The notes under the pieces were generated by a model. That model worked only from the letters and a program-made list of their open reading frames with translations, was not told the origin of the DNA and searched no databases. From Bacillota bacterium (lineage in GTDB: Bacteria; Bacillota; Dehalobacteriia; UBA4068; UBA4997), in NCBI GenBank assembly GCA_017397935.1, contig JAFQHN010000018.1:5101-69100 (forward strand): a DNA stretch of 64,000 nt, read 5' to 3'. Shown in pieces: positions 28,216 through 41,546 of this stretch. A program made the translations under genes and the position numbers. Each line of letters starts with the position of its first letter. Positions within the stretch are counted from its first letter, which is position 1.

Positions 28216-29436
28216 ATGAAAAAGCTGTTTTCCCTTGCTCTGGTTCTGTTGATGAGCCTGGGCCTGTTCGCTGCCTGCGGCGGCGACGACACCCCCGCCA
28301 ACAATGACGTTGACACCAAAGAGGCCGTAAAAGTCGGCTTCATCTTCCTGCACGATGAAAACTCCACCTATGACCTCAACTTTATGAACGGCGTTACCGA
28401 AGCCGCTGCTAATTTGGGTCTGGCCGAGGATCAGATCATTATGCGCACCAACATCCCCGAAGGTCAGGAATGTTATGATGCAGCCGCTGATTTGGCTGAC
28501 GCCGGCTGCGACATCATCTTTGCCGACAGCTTCGGCCATGAGGACTATATGATCCAGGCTGCCAAAGAGTTCCCCAATGTTCAGTTCTGCCATGCCACCG
28601 GCACCAAGGCACACACCGAAGGTCTGGATAACTTCCATAACGCCTTCGCTTCCATCTATGAGGGCCGTTATCTGGCCGGCGTTGCTGCCGGCATGAAGCT
28701 GAATGAGATGATCGCTGCCGGTGAGTTCACCGCCGAAGAAGCCAAAATGGGCTATGTAGGCGCTTTCACCTATGCCGAGGTAATCTCCGGCTACACCTCC
28801 TTCTATCTGGGCGCCAAGAGCGTTTGCCCCACCGTTACCATGGATGTAACCTTCACCGGCTCCTGGTATGATGAAACCGCCGAGAAGGAAGGCGCCAACA
28901 AGCTGATTGAAAACGGCTGCAAGCTTATCAGCCAGCACGCCGACTCCATGGGTGCTCCCACTGCCTGCGAGACCAAGGGTGTTCCCAATGTTTCTTACAA
29001 CGGCTCCACCATTGGTGCCTGCCCCAACACCTTCATCGTTTCCTCCCGCATCAACTGGGCTCCTTATTATGAGTACATTATTAACTGCGTAGAAAACGGC
29101 GAAGCTATTGCCACCGACTGGACCGGCACCATCGCCACCAACTCCGTGGTACTCACCGACATCAACGAAACCGTTGCTGCTGCCGGTACTGCCGATAAGC
29201 TGGCTGAGGTTAAGACCGGTTTGCTGGACGGCACCGTTCATGTATTCGACGCTGCTTCCTTCACCGTTGACGGCGCTGCTCTTACCGGTTACATGGCCGA
29301 TGTTGACACCGACGCTGCTTACACTCCCGATACCGAGGTTATCGCAGACGGCTACTTCCATGAGTCCGAGTTCCGTTCCGCACCTTACTTCGATTTGCAG
29401 ATCGACGGCATCAACCTGCTGGACACCCGTTTCTAA
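28216..29436 (+). CDS. BMP-family (PnrA/Med-like) nucleoside-binding ABC transporter substrate-binding lipoprotein
   Basis: Lipobox LGLFAACGG. BMP-fold motifs (VGFIFLHDENSTYDLNF, IFADSFGHEDY). Confidence 0.8.
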   Translation: MKKLFSLALVLLMSLGLFAACGGDDTPANNDVDTKEAVKVGFIFLHDENSTYDLNFMNGVTEAAANLGLAEDQIIMRTNIPEGQECYDAAADLADAGCDIIFADSFGHEDYMIQAAKEFPNVQFCHATGTKAHTEGLDNFHNAFASIYEGRYLAGVAAGMKLNEMIAAGEFTAEEAKMGYVGAFTYAEVISGYTSFYLGAKSVCPTVTMDVTFTGSWYDETAEKEGANKLIENGCKLISQHADSMGAPTACETKGVPNVSYNGSTIGACPNTFIVSSRINWAPYYEYIINCVENGEAIATDWTGTIATNSVVLTDINETVAAAGTADKLAEVKTGLLDGTVHVFDAASFTVDGAALTGYMADVDTDAAYTPDTEVIADGYFHESEFRSAPYFDLQIDGINLLDTRF

Positions 29437-29582
29437 TCAACAACAAACTTTACCCGGGCGGTTGTTTTACGGCCTCCCGGGTACTGCTGCAAAGGGCAGC
29501 GCCGTGTCATTCGCCGCGCTGCCTTTTGCAATAGTTTCAGCTTTTTACCCAACTCCATCCCACAATCAGAGGAGTGATTTTC

Positions 29583-31121
29583 TTGAATAACAAAACCGCC
29601 GCAGTCCAAATGCGCAATATCACCAAAACCTTTGGCTCCGTGGTGGCCAATGACAAGGTAAATCTGGATATTTACAAGGGCGAGGTATTGGCTCTGCTGG
29701 GCGAAAACGGCAGCGGCAAAACCACCATGATGAATATGCTCTCGGGCATTTACTTCCCCGATGAGGGTGAAATTTTCATCAACGGCCAACCCACCGTCAT
29801 CAGCTCCCCCAAAGACGCCTTCGACCACGGCATCGGTATGATTCATCAGCACTTTAAGCTGGTGGATGTACTGACCGCGGCCGAAAATATCGTGCTGGGC
29901 CTTAAAGAAGAAGGCCGCCTGAATATCGAGGCCGTGGCCGCCAAGGTCAAAAAAATCTGCGATGCCTATGGCTTTGAGGTTGACCCTTACCAGAAGATTT
30001 ACAATATGTCTGTTTCGCAAAAGCAGACGGTAGAAATCGTCAAGGTGCTGTACCGCGGCGCCGACATTTTGATTCTGGACGAGCCGACCGCTGTTCTTAC
30101 CCCGCAAGAGACCGACAAGCTGTTTGCCGTACTGCGTAATATGCGTAACGACGGCAAGGCCGTGGTCATCATCACCCATAAGCTGCACGAGGTTGAAGAC
30201 ATCTCCGACCGTGTGGTTATTCTTAATCACGGCAAATTTGTGGGCGATTTGATAACCGCCCAGACATCCGCCCAGGAAATGACCAATATGATGGTGGGCC
30301 GTGCGGTAGAGCTTAACATCAACCGGCCGGAGCCTGTTGACCCCCGTCCCCGTGTGGAGGTGCAGGGGCTGACTGTCCGCAGTTCTGACGGCATTTTGAA
30401 GCTGGACGATGTGACTTTTACGGCCAACAGCGGTGAGATTTTGGGTATCGCCGGTATCTCCGGCTGCGGCCAAAAAGAGCTGTTGGAGGCTATTGCCGGC
30501 TTGCAGCGCACCGAGTCCGGCACCATTCGTTATATCCGAGATGACGGTACCGCCGAAAATCTGGTGGGCAAGGACCCGCTGGAAATCGCCTCAATGGGCG
30601 TTGCACTCTCCTTTGTGCCCGAGGACAGACTGGGCATGGGTCTAGTCGGCAACATGGATTTGACCGATAACATGATGCTGCGCTCCTTCCGAGAAGGCCC
30701 CTCCTTCCTCATCAACCGCAAAAAACCGCGCCTGCTGGCCGAGAAGGTGGTAAAGGATTTGGAGGTAAACACCCCCGGCGTTTCCACCCCCATCCGTCGG
30801 CTCTCCGGCGGTAATGTGCAGAAAGTCCTGCTGGGCCGCGAGATTGCTTCCTCCCCCACCGTACTGCTGACGGCTTACGCAGTGCGCGGTTTAGACATCA
30901 ACTCATCCTACACCATTTATGATTTGCTGACCCGGCAAAAGCAGGCCGGTGTGGCCGTAATTTATGTGGGCGAGGATTTGGATGTGCTGCTGGAACTCTG
31001 TGACCGCATCCTGGTGCTGTGCGGCGGCAAGGTAAGCGGTCTGGTGGACGGCAAAACAGCCGAGAAGCACCAAATCGGCATGATGATGACCAAGCTGGGA
31101 GGTGAAGCCGCCAATGAGTAA
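29583..31121 (+). CDS. nucleoside ABC transporter ATP-binding protein (duplicated NBD)
   Basis: Two Walker A motifs (GENGSGKTT; second GISGCGQKE), two LSGG signatures and two Walker B motifs. The track start is a GTG inside the AGAGGAG Shine-Dalgarno sequence. Probable start is TTG 29583 or ATG 29613. Confidence 0.8.
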   Translation: MNNKTAAVQMRNITKTFGSVVANDKVNLDIYKGEVLALLGENGSGKTTMMNMLSGIYFPDEGEIFINGQPTVISSPKDAFDHGIGMIHQHFKLVDVLTAAENIVLGLKEEGRLNIEAVAAKVKKICDAYGFEVDPYQKIYNMSVSQKQTVEIVKVLYRGADILILDEPTAVLTPQETDKLFAVLRNMRNDGKAVVIITHKLHEVEDISDRVVILNHGKFVGDLITAQTSAQEMTNMMVGRAVELNINRPEPVDPRPRVEVQGLTVRSSDGILKLDDVTFTANSGEILGIAGISGCGQKELLEAIAGLQRTESGTIRYIRDDGTAENLVGKDPLEIASMGVALSFVPEDRLGMGLVGNMDLTDNMMLRSFREGPSFLINRKKPRLLAEKVVKDLEVNTPGVSTPIRRLSGGNVQKVLLGREIASSPTVLLTAYAVRGLDINSSYTIYDLLTRQKQAGVAVIYVGEDLDVLLELCDRILVLCGGKVSGLVDGKTAEKHQIGMMMTKLGGEAANE

Positions 31122-32253
31122 TAATTGTCAACCAAACGGCCACACTCGCGTAAACAATCAGCCACTATTTCACATCACCAAACGCAAGGCGCTCCCCTGG
31201 TATTACACCTGGGGCATCCGCGGGGCAGCCATTGTGGCGGCGCTGCTTACCTGTGCGGCCGTCACATCACTCCTCACCGGAGAAAACCCGCTGGAAGTGT
31301 TCCAAACCATTGGCTACGGGGCCTTCGGCACCACCCGCAAGACTTGGATCCTGCTGCAAAACTTAGCCATCCTGCTGTGTATCTCGCTGGCTGTTACCCC
31401 TGCCTTCAAAATGCGCTTCTGGAATATCGGCGCCGAGGGTCAGGTGCTTATCGGCGGCCTGGCCACCGCTGCCTGTATGATTTTGCTGGGTGATAAGGTG
31501 CCCAACGCCGTTCTCATCGCCACCATGGTGATAAGCAGTATTGCCGCCGGTGCGGTCTGGGGCGGTATTCCGGCTTTCTTCAAGGCCAAATGGAACACCA
31601 ATGAAACGCTGTTTACCCTGATGATGAACTATGTGGCCACGCAGCTGGTCGCCTTCTTCGTTATCGTCTGGGAGGTTCCCAAAGGCGCCGGCAAAATCGG
31701 TATCATCAATCAGGATACCATGGCCGGCTGGCTGCCGCAAATCGGGGATTACAAATATCTGCTGAACATTTTGATTGTGGCTATGCTGACGGTGGCCATG
31801 TATGTGTACCTCAATTATACCAAGCACGGCTATGAGATCACCGTGGTGGGCGAGAGCGAACGCACTGCCCGTTATGTCGGCATCAAGGTGGACAAGGTCA
31901 TCATCCGCACCATGCTGCTTTCCGGCGCTGTCTGCGGTATTGCCGGCCTGCTGCTGGTGGGCGGCACCGACCACACAATTACCACCACCATCGCCGGCGG
32001 CCGCGGTTTTACGGCGGTTATGGTGTCCTGGCTGGCGCAGTTTAACCCCATTGTTATGGTGCTTACCAGCTTTTTGCTGGTCTTTCTGGATAGGGGCGCC
32101 GGTGAGATTTCCACCGTATTCGCCCTCAACCACTCCTTCGGTGATATTTTGACGGGTATCATCCTGTTCTTCATCATCGGCAGCGAGTTTTTCGTTAACT
32201 ATCAGCTGAACTTCCGCAAAAACACCGGCAAGGAGGGCAAAGCAAATGTTTGA
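31102..32253 (+). CDS. ABC transporter permease (BMP-system, permease 1)
   Basis: Polytopic membrane protein. Overlaps the ATPase stop. Confidence 0.8.
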   Translation: MKPPMSNNCQPNGHTRVNNQPLFHITKRKALPWYYTWGIRGAAIVAALLTCAAVTSLLTGENPLEVFQTIGYGAFGTTRKTWILLQNLAILLCISLAVTPAFKMRFWNIGAEGQVLIGGLATAACMILLGDKVPNAVLIATMVISSIAAGAVWGGIPAFFKAKWNTNETLFTLMMNYVATQLVAFFVIVWEVPKGAGKIGIINQDTMAGWLPQIGDYKYLLNILIVAMLTVAMYVYLNYTKHGYEITVVGESERTARYVGIKVDKVIIRTMLLSGAVCGIAGLLLVGGTDHTITTTIAGGRGFTAVMVSWLAQFNPIVMVLTSFLLVFLDRGAGEISTVFALNHSFGDILTGIILFFIIGSEFFVNYQLNFRKNTGKEGKANV

Positions 32254-33238
32254 TTTAGTATCCTTTATCCCCCGTGCGGTGGCGCAGAGTATTCCTCTGC
32301 TTTACGGCGCAACCGGTGAGATTTTGACGGAGAAATCCGGCAACCTGAACTTAGGTATCCCCGGCATTATGTATGTGGGCGGCATTTGCGGCGTTATCGG
32401 TGCGTTTCTGCATGAGCAAGCCGTGCCTGCCGATGAAATGACCGCACTCTCGGCCATTGGCATCCCCATGCTGGCCTCGCTTATCGGCTCTCTGCTGATG
32501 GGCCTGCTGTATTGCTTCCTCACCGTAACCCTCCGTGCCAACCAGAATGTTACCGGCTTGGCGATAACGACTTTCGGCGTAGGCTTCGGCAATTTCTTCG
32601 GCGGCTCGCTGATCAAACTGACCGACAGCGATGTTCCCTCGATTGCCCTTTCGGCCACCAGCAATTATTTTCGGCAGGCGCTACCCTTTGCCGATGGCTT
32701 GGGCTGGTTCGGCCGGATTTTCCTCTCTTACGGTTTTCTGGCCTATCTGGCCATCATCATCGCGCTGGCCTCGGCTTATGTGCTGAAACATACGCGCGTG
32801 GGCCTGCATCTGCGTGCCGTGGGCGAGAATCCTGCCACCGCCGACGCTGCCGGTATCAATATTGCCAAGTACAAATATATGGCAACCTGTCTGGGCAGTA
32901 TGATTGCCGGTTTGGGCGGCCTGTATTATGTAATGGATTACGCCTGCGGTGTGTGGTCTAACGATGCTTTTGGTGACCGCGGCTGGCTGGCGATTGCGCT
33001 GGTTATCTTCACCATCTGGAAGCCCAACATGGCCATTCCGGCCTCCATTTTGTTCGGCGGCCTGTATATCCTGTACCTGTACCTGCCCACCGGCATGAAT
33101 CTCTCCATCAAAGAGCTTTATAAGATGCTGCCTTACATCGTTACCATCATTGTGCTGGTCATCACCAGTATGCGTAACAAGCGGGAAAATCAGCCGCCGG
33201 AGAGTCTGGGTCTGCCCTACTTCCGGGAAGAACGCTGA
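32246..33238 (+). CDS. ABC transporter permease (BMP-system, permease 2)
   Basis: Polytopic membrane protein. 8-nt overlap with the upstream permease. Confidence 0.8.
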   Translation: MFDLVSFIPRAVAQSIPLLYGATGEILTEKSGNLNLGIPGIMYVGGICGVIGAFLHEQAVPADEMTALSAIGIPMLASLIGSLLMGLLYCFLTVTLRANQNVTGLAITTFGVGFGNFFGGSLIKLTDSDVPSIALSATSNYFRQALPFADGLGWFGRIFLSYGFLAYLAIIIALASAYVLKHTRVGLHLRAVGENPATADAAGINIAKYKYMATCLGSMIAGLGGLYYVMDYACGVWSNDAFGDRGWLAIALVIFTIWKPNMAIPASILFGGLYILYLYLPTGMNLSIKELYKMLPYIVTIIVLVITSMRNKRENQPPESLGLPYFREER

Positions 33239-33257
33239 TCATGCGTATCCAAAACAA

Positions 33258-33306
33258 CAAAAAATCCGAGACTCCCCATACGGAGTTTCGGATTTCCTTT
33301 TTTGGT
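33258..33306. terminator. bidirectional terminator between ABC operon and crcB
   Basis: Hairpin atccgagactccccatacggagtttcggat, flanked by an A-run and a T-run. Confidence 0.7.
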
Positions 33307-33314
33307 TATAATAT

Positions 33315-36119
<2,805 letters not shown>

Positions 36120-36140
36120 GCAAGGAGGAGCAAGCAAACC

Positions 36141-38747
36141 ATGAGTGAGATTTACAACGAAGGTAACATCAAACGCAGCGAAATCAGCAAAGAAATGCGC
36201 TCCGCCTATCTGCGTTACTCGATGAGTGTTATTGTGGGCCGCGCGCTCCCCGATGTGCGTGACGGCTTGAAGCCGGTACACCGCCGCATCCTTTACGGTA
36301 TGTATGAGATGGGCGTAACCCCCGACAAACCTTATAAAAAATCCGCGCGCTCCGTCGGTGATATTATGGGTAAATATCACCCCCACGGTGACAGCGCCAT
36401 TTATGACTCCTTAGTCCGTCTGGCGCAGGATTTCTCCATGCGCTACCCGATGATCGACGGCCATGGCAACTTTGGCTCCATCGACGGCGACAGCGCGGCC
36501 GCCATGCGTTACACCGAGGCACGCCTGCAAAAGTTTGCCCTGGAAATGATGCGTGACATCGACAAGGAAACCGTTGATTTTGTACCCAACTATGACGGCG
36601 AGGAAACCGAGCCTTCCGTTTTGCCGGCGGTGGTGCCCAATCTGCTGCTTAACGGCTCGTCCGGTATTGCGGTTGGTATGGCCACCAATATTCCGCCCCA
36701 CAATCTTACCGAGGTTGTTGACGGCATTAACGCCATGATCGACAACCCCGAAATTGAGATTGATGAGCTGATGCATTACATCAAAGGGCCGGATTTCCCC
36801 ACCCACGGCTTGATTTTGGGCATGGACGGCATTAAGGATGCTTACCGCACCGGCCGCGGCGCCATTAAGATGCGTGCCAAAACCCATATCGAGGTAACCA
36901 CCCGCGGCAAGCAGCGCATTGTTATCACCGAGCTGCCTTATCAGGTAAACAAGGCCCGTTTGATTGATAAAATCGCCCAGTTGGCCCGCGAGAAGCAAAT
37001 TGAAGGCATTACCGAACTGCGTGATGAGAGTAACCGTGACGGCATTCGTGTGGTTATCGAGCTGAAAGCCGATGCGATTGCCCAAGTGGTGCTTAACCGC
37101 CTGTATAAGCACACCCAGATGCAGGACACCTTTGGTGCAATTATGATTGCGCTGGTGGACGGTGTGCCCAAGCTGCTGAATTTGAAGGAAATTCTGCAAT
37201 GTTACATCAACCACCAGAAGGAGGTTGTTACCCGCCGCAGCCGCTATGAGCTGGCCAAGGCGCAGGAGCGTGCTCATATTCTGGAAGGCTTGAAGATTGC
37301 CATTGACTTTATTGATGAGGTTGTGGCCACCATCCGCAACGCCGCCAACCCCGAAGAAGCCCGCACCCGCCTGATGGAGCGCTTTGGTCTTTCCTTTAAG
37401 CAGGCCAGCGCTATTCTGGAAATGCGTCTGCGCGCGTTGACCGGTTTGGAGCATAACAAAATTGATGCCGAGTATGCCGAGCTTATCAAAACCATCGCCT
37501 ATTTGGAGCAGGTTTTGGCCAGCGAGCGTATGGTATTGGGCATTATCAAAGAACAGCTGATCACGCTGAAAAATAAATTCGGCGATGAACGCCGCACCAC
37601 CATTGTGGGCGATGACGGCGAGATGAATGACGAGGATTTGATTGCCCAGGAAGATATGGTTATCACCATTTCTCACGCCGGCTACATCAAACGCCTTAAC
37701 CTTAACACTTACCGTCAGCAGCGCCGTGGCGGCCGGGGCGTAACCGGCATGACCACCCGTGATGAGGATTTTGTGGAGCAGATGTTTATTGCCTCCACCC
37801 ACGATTATCTGCTGATTTTCACCGACCGTGGCCGCTGCTTCCGCTTAAAGGTACATGAGATTCCCGAGGTAAGCCGTACTGCCCGCGGTTCGGCGCTGGT
37901 TAATCTGCTGGCGCTGGATGCCAACGAAAAACTGCGTACCGTTATCCCCATCAAGAGCTTTGAGCAGGGCGGTTATCTGGTGATGGCCACCCGTGCCGGT
38001 ATCGTGAAGAAAACCGCGCTGGACCAGTATAACAGCCGCAACAACGGCATTATCGCTCTCACCATGGACGATGACGACGATTTGATTGCTGTTATGCTCA
38101 CCGACGGCAACTCCGATTTGATGCTCTCCACCGCGCAAGGTCTGGTTATCCGTTTCAGCGAGACTGATGTACGCCCGATGGGCCGTGTGGCCCGCGGCCT
38201 TAAAGGTATCTCCTTAAATGACGGTGACCAGCTGGTAGCCATGACCCGTGCCGAGGAGCAAAGCTTCCTGCTGGTGGTATCGGAGAAAGGCTTTGGCAAG
38301 CGCACTCAGCTTTCCACCGAGAATTACCGCCGCATTACCCGTGGCGGCAAGGGCGTGCATACCCTGCGCTGCAACGATAAAACCGGCCCGTTGGTGGCAG
38401 CCATGAATGTAAAAGAGGGCGATGAGCTGATGCTGATTACCAAGAACGGTATTATCATCCGCATCAACAGCAGCGATGTCTCGGAGCAGGGCCGTATGAC
38501 ACAGGGCGTAACCCTCATCAACCTGGAAGATAACGACCGCGTAATGGATGTGGCCCGTGTGATGATTAAGGATGAGGAGCAGGGCCCGGGCAGCAAAAAA
38601 ACCAAAAACCCAACCAAGGTTGCCGATGACGAAATACCTGCCAAATTGCAGTTTGCCCCGCAGGCTGACGCCACGGCCGATGAGGAAGCCCGTCAAATCT
38701 CCATGCTGTTAGAGCGTGCCGAGACTGACGCCAAAGACCGTGAATAA
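36141..38747 (+). CDS. gyrA: DNA gyrase subunit A
   Basis: Catalytic motif [10 protein letters not shown] (active-site Tyr), QRDR-like region, GyrA-box and beta-pinwheel C-terminal domain, acidic tail. Confidence 0.95.
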   Translation: MSEIYNEGNIKRSEISKEMRSAYLRYSMSVIVGRALPDVRDGLKPVHRRILYGMYEMGVTPDKPYKKSARSVGDIMGKYHPHGDSAIYDSLVRLAQDFSMRYPMIDGHGNFGSIDGDSAAAMRYTEARLQKFALEMMRDIDKETVDFVPNYDGEETEPSVLPAVVPNLLLNGSSGIAVGMATNIPPHNLTEVVDGINAMIDNPEIEIDELMHYIKGPDFPTHGLILGMDGIKDAYRTGRGAIKMRAKTHIEVTTRGKQRIVITELPYQVNKARLIDKIAQLAREKQIEGITELRDESNRDGIRVVIELKADAIAQVVLNRLYKHTQMQDTFGAIMIALVDGVPKLLNLKEILQCYINHQKEVVTRRSRYELAKAQERAHILEGLKIAIDFIDEVVATIRNAANPEEARTRLMERFGLSFKQASAILEMRLRALTGLEHNKIDAEYAELIKTIAYLEQVLASERMVLGIIKEQLITLKNKFGDERRTTIVGDDGEMNDEDLIAQEDMVITISHAGYIKRLNLNTYRQQRRGGRGVTGMTTRDEDFVEQMFIASTHDYLLIFTDRGRCFRLKVHEIPEVSRTARGSALVNLLALDANEKLRTVIPIKSFEQGGYLVMATRAGIVKKTALDQYNSRNNGIIALTMDDDDDLIAVMLTDGNSDLMLSTAQGLVIRFSETDVRPMGRVARGLKGISLNDGDQLVAMTRAEEQSFLLVVSEKGFGKRTQLSTENYRRITRGGKGVHTLRCNDKTGPLVAAMNVKEGDELMLITKNGIIIRINSSDVSEQGRMTQGVTLINLEDNDRVMDVARVMIKDEEQGPGSKKTKNPTKVADDEIPAKLQFAPQADATADEEARQISMLLERAETDAKDRE

Positions 38748-38770
38748 CCGACTGATCGTAACCCCAAATA

Positions 38771-38816
38771 ACAAAAGCAGGCATAACCCCCAAAGTTATG
38801 CCTGCTTTTTTGTTTT
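38771..38816. terminator. bidirectional terminator between gyrA and sodC-like gene
   Basis: Hairpin aaagcaggcataacccccaaagttatgcctgcttt followed by a T-run. Confidence 0.75.
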
Positions 38817-38826
38817 TACCCTTTTT

Positions 38827-39309
38827 TTATACCCCACGGATAACTCCGCAGGCAATTTTCTGCCCGGCGTTGCCGGCCGGCTGTGTGGTAAAATCATCAA
38901 TCCCCCGGTGAATGATAACCGTGCGGCCAATCACCTCCTCCGGGTCAAACCTCTCGGTCTGCACCAGCATAAACGCCCGCCCCTGATACGCAAACAACGG
39001 CGGCAAATCTCCGGCATGGTATGGGTGCGGCGCCCCGCTTGGGTTAAAATGCGAGCCGCTGTCGGCAAAATCCCGTCCGGTGCAGGCTCCGCCCTCATGG
39101 ATATGCAGGGCAAAAACTCCGCTGCCGTCATAGTCCGATGGCAAGCCGCAAACCGCAATCTCCACCAATGTGCCGCGGTTTAACTGATCATCCTGCACCA
39201 CGGCCTGCGGATTGCTTTGGTACAGTTTCAGCGTGCCGCAAATCTGCGGATAATCCACGCCGCCTGTAATTTGGGCCGCTGCCACCAAGCGGCCGGTTGG
39301 AATAAACAT
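38827..39309 (-). CDS. Cu/Zn superoxide dismutase family protein (SodC-like, no signal peptide)
   Basis: Cu/Zn-SOD metal-site motifs in order: HIHEGG, GSHFNP, PHPYHAGDLP, IIHRGIDDF...GNAGQKIACGVI. Confidence 0.7.
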   Translation of the reverse strand: MFIPTGRLVAAAQITGGVDYPQICGTLKLYQSNPQAVVQDDQLNRGTLVEIAVCGLPSDYDGSGVFALHIHEGGACTGRDFADSGSHFNPSGAPHPYHAGDLPPLFAYQGRAFMLVQTERFDPEEVIGRTVIIHRGIDDFTTQPAGNAGQKIACGVIRGV

Positions 39310-39442
39310 AGCATCACCTCGGTAAATTATATGCAGCGGCAACAAAGAATTGCCGGGTATTGCAAAATTTCCGCAAAAATAGTAAAATAAACATACTGAT
39401 TTACGGCATATTTCAAGATTAACGATTTACGGAGGACATAAG

Positions 39443-40132
39443 ATGATTGCAGTTTTGGCCGCGATGACAGAAGAAATGGCGCCTCTCCGCGGCGCTTTGC
39501 AGGTGGAGGAAGTTTACCGCAACAAGGTGGTGCGCATCCAGCAAACCGTGGGGGATAACCCCATGCTGTTGGTGCAGACGGGCATCGGCAAGGCCAACGC
39601 TGCGGCCGCTGCCGCCATTGTTATCGCCCGCTTTGCGCCTGAGGCGCTGGTCAGCATTGGCTCGGCCGGCGGTTTTGCGCCCCATGTGCGCGTGGGTGAT
39701 ATTGTGGTGGGGACAGAGGTTCTTTACAGCGACGCCGATGCCACCTGTTTTGGCTACCGGCTGGGCCAGGTACCGCAAATGCCCGCCGTCTACCCTGCTG
39801 ATGAAGCTTTGCTGGCCAAGGCACAACAGTTAACGGCCGCCGAGGAATTTGCCGGCCATGTTCGCTTCGGCCGGATGCTGACCTCCGATTCCTTTATGAG
39901 CGACCCTGTGCGCGTAGCCGGCCTGGCGGCACAGTTCCCGCAGGCTTTTGCTTCGGATATGGAGGGCGCGGCGATTGCCCAGGCGGCTTATCAATGCGGT
40001 GTACCCTTCCTCAACCTGCGCTCCATCTCGGATATTGCCGGTGATGATGCGGCCAAAAGCTTCGATGACAACATTGACCTGGCAGCAGAACGCGCGGCCC
40101 ACTTCTTTGTGCGGCTGGCGGCGGCCATTTAA
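39443..40132 (+). CDS. mtnN: 5'-methylthioadenosine/S-adenosylhomocysteine nucleosidase
   Basis: Translation MIAVLAAMTEEMAPL..., GIGKANAAAAAA, SDMEGAAIAQAA. These are canonical Pfs motifs. Confidence 0.85.
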   Translation: MIAVLAAMTEEMAPLRGALQVEEVYRNKVVRIQQTVGDNPMLLVQTGIGKANAAAAAAIVIARFAPEALVSIGSAGGFAPHVRVGDIVVGTEVLYSDADATCFGYRLGQVPQMPAVYPADEALLAKAQQLTAAEEFAGHVRFGRMLTSDSFMSDPVRVAGLAAQFPQAFASDMEGAAIAQAAYQCGVPFLNLRSISDIAGDDAAKSFDDNIDLAAERAAHFFVRLAAAI

Positions 40133-40139
40133 GCAGGGG

Positions 40140-40168
40140 TTGACACTTTTACCTGCGGATAGTATAAT
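40140..40168 (+). promoter_or_regulatory. consensus sigma-A promoter for rib leader
   Basis: TTGACA, a 17-nt spacer, then TATAAT. Confidence 0.7.
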
Positions 40169-40185
40169 AAATTAACTTTACAAAA

Positions 40186-40390
40186 CTTAATACCGTCTTC
40201 GGGGCAGGGTGAAAATCCCGACCGGTGGTACAGCCCACGAGCCGCAAGGCATGACACGGTGCAATTCCGTGGCCGACAGTACAGTCTGGATGAGAGAAGA
40301 TGTTATTGCAGATGGCAGGTTACCTGCCACCGCTTATTTGTGTTTGTTGCAGCTCCCAGACGGTTCTTCCGCCTGCGGAGCTGTTTTTTT
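40186..40390 (+). promoter_or_regulatory. FMN riboswitch (RFN element) with terminator expression platform
   Basis: Aptamer ...cgtcttcGGGGCAGGGTGAAAATCCCGACCGGTGGTACAGCCCACGAGCCGCAAGGC...GGTGCAATTCCGTGGCCGACAGTACAGTCTGGATGAGAGAAGatg, with P1 closing as cgtcttc/gagagaag. Followed by the hairpin gcagctcc...ggagctg plus T7 (40349-40390). Confidence 0.9.
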
Positions 40391-40409
40391 GATATATGAG
40401 GTTATTTTT

Positions 40410-41546
40410 ATGAGCAATTTTATGTGCAATATAATGCGTGATGAAGATTATATGCGCCTGGCGCTGAAAGAAGCCGCCAAAGGTGCCGGCCATGTCTCGC
40501 CCAACCCGATGGTGGGTGCGGTTATTGTCAAGGGCGGTCAGATTATCGGCAAGGGTTATCATCAACGCTGCGGTGAGGCGCACGCCGAGGTTAACGCGCT
40601 GAAAAACTGCACCGCCAGCCCCAACGGCGCCACCGCTTATGTTACGCTGGAACCCTGCTGTCACTTCGGCAAGCAGCCGCCCTGTACGCAGGCCCTGCTA
40701 AACGCCGGTATCGCCAGGGTGGTGGTGGGATGCCTTGACCCCAACCCCCTCGTTGCCGGGCAGGGCAGCCAAATCCTCCGCTCACACGGCGTTGAAGTTA
40801 TTGAGGGCGTGTTGGAGGCGGAATGTAAGGCGCTGAACAGGGTTTTCTTCCATTATATCACGCACCGGCGGCCGTATGTTACGCTGAAATACGCCATGAC
40901 TTTGGACGGCAAAATCGCCGCCTACACGGGGGAGTCCAAATGGATTACCGGGGAAGCGGCACGCGCACAGGTACAGCAGCTGCGCGCCCAAAACAAGGCC
41001 ATTATGGTGGGGGTGGGTACGGTGCTGGCCGATGACCCTGCGCTGACCTGCCGCCTGCCCAACCTGCCCACACCGCTTCGGGTGATTTGCGACACCGGCC
41101 TTCGCACGCCGCTTAACGCACAGGTGGTGCAAACCGCCGCCCAAGTGCCCACGCTCATCGCCACCTGCTGTGCTGATGAGCAGAAACAGGCGCCGTACCT
41201 GGCCGCAGGCTGCCGCATAATGCAGCTGCCAGCGGACGCTGACGGCCACCCCGATTTACCGCTGCTGCTGCAAAATCTGGCGGCGGAGGGCATTGATTCT
41301 CTGCTGTTGGAGGGGGGCGCAGAACTGGCCTGGTCGATGTTAAACGCAGGTTTGGTGCAGCGAGTACAGGCTTATATTGCGCCGCTGCTGCTGGCCGGCC
41401 GCACCGCCAAAGGGCCGCTGGGGGGCATCGGTTTTGCCAACCCCAACGCAGGAATACACCTGCTAAACCCCACAATTCGCCAAATCGGGGAGGACTTTTT
41501 AATCGAAGCTGATGTTGAGGAGGTGCTGCCATGTTCACCGGCATAA
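40410..41546 (+). CDS. ribD: bifunctional riboflavin biosynthesis protein RibD (deaminase/reductase)
   Basis: CMP/dCMP deaminase zinc motif (HAEVNAL...PCCHFGKQPPC) and a reductase domain. Start chosen downstream of the riboswitch terminator. The track ORF start would lie inside the riboswitch. Confidence 0.85.
   Translation: MSNFMCNIMRDEDYMRLALKEAAKGAGHVSPNPMVGAVIVKGGQIIGKGYHQRCGEAHAEVNALKNCTASPNGATAYVTLEPCCHFGKQPPCTQALLNAGIARVVVGCLDPNPLVAGQGSQILRSHGVEVIEGVLEAECKALNRVFFHYITHRRPYVTLKYAMTLDGKIAAYTGESKWITGEAARAQVQQLRAQNKAIMVGVGTVLADDPALTCRLPNLPTPLRVICDTGLRTPLNAQVVQTAAQVPTLIATCCADEQKQAPYLAAGCRIMQLPADADGHPDLPLLLQNLAAEGIDSLLLEGGAELAWSMLNAGLVQRVQAYIAPLLLAGRTAKGPLGGIGFANPNAGIHLLNPTIRQIGEDFLIEADVEEVLPCSPA

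Noticed and set aside
26229-29361. 353-aa and 393-aa minus-strand ORFs opposite panB and the BMP lipoprotein
   Set aside because: Gly-rich nonsense translations antisense to well-supported genes.
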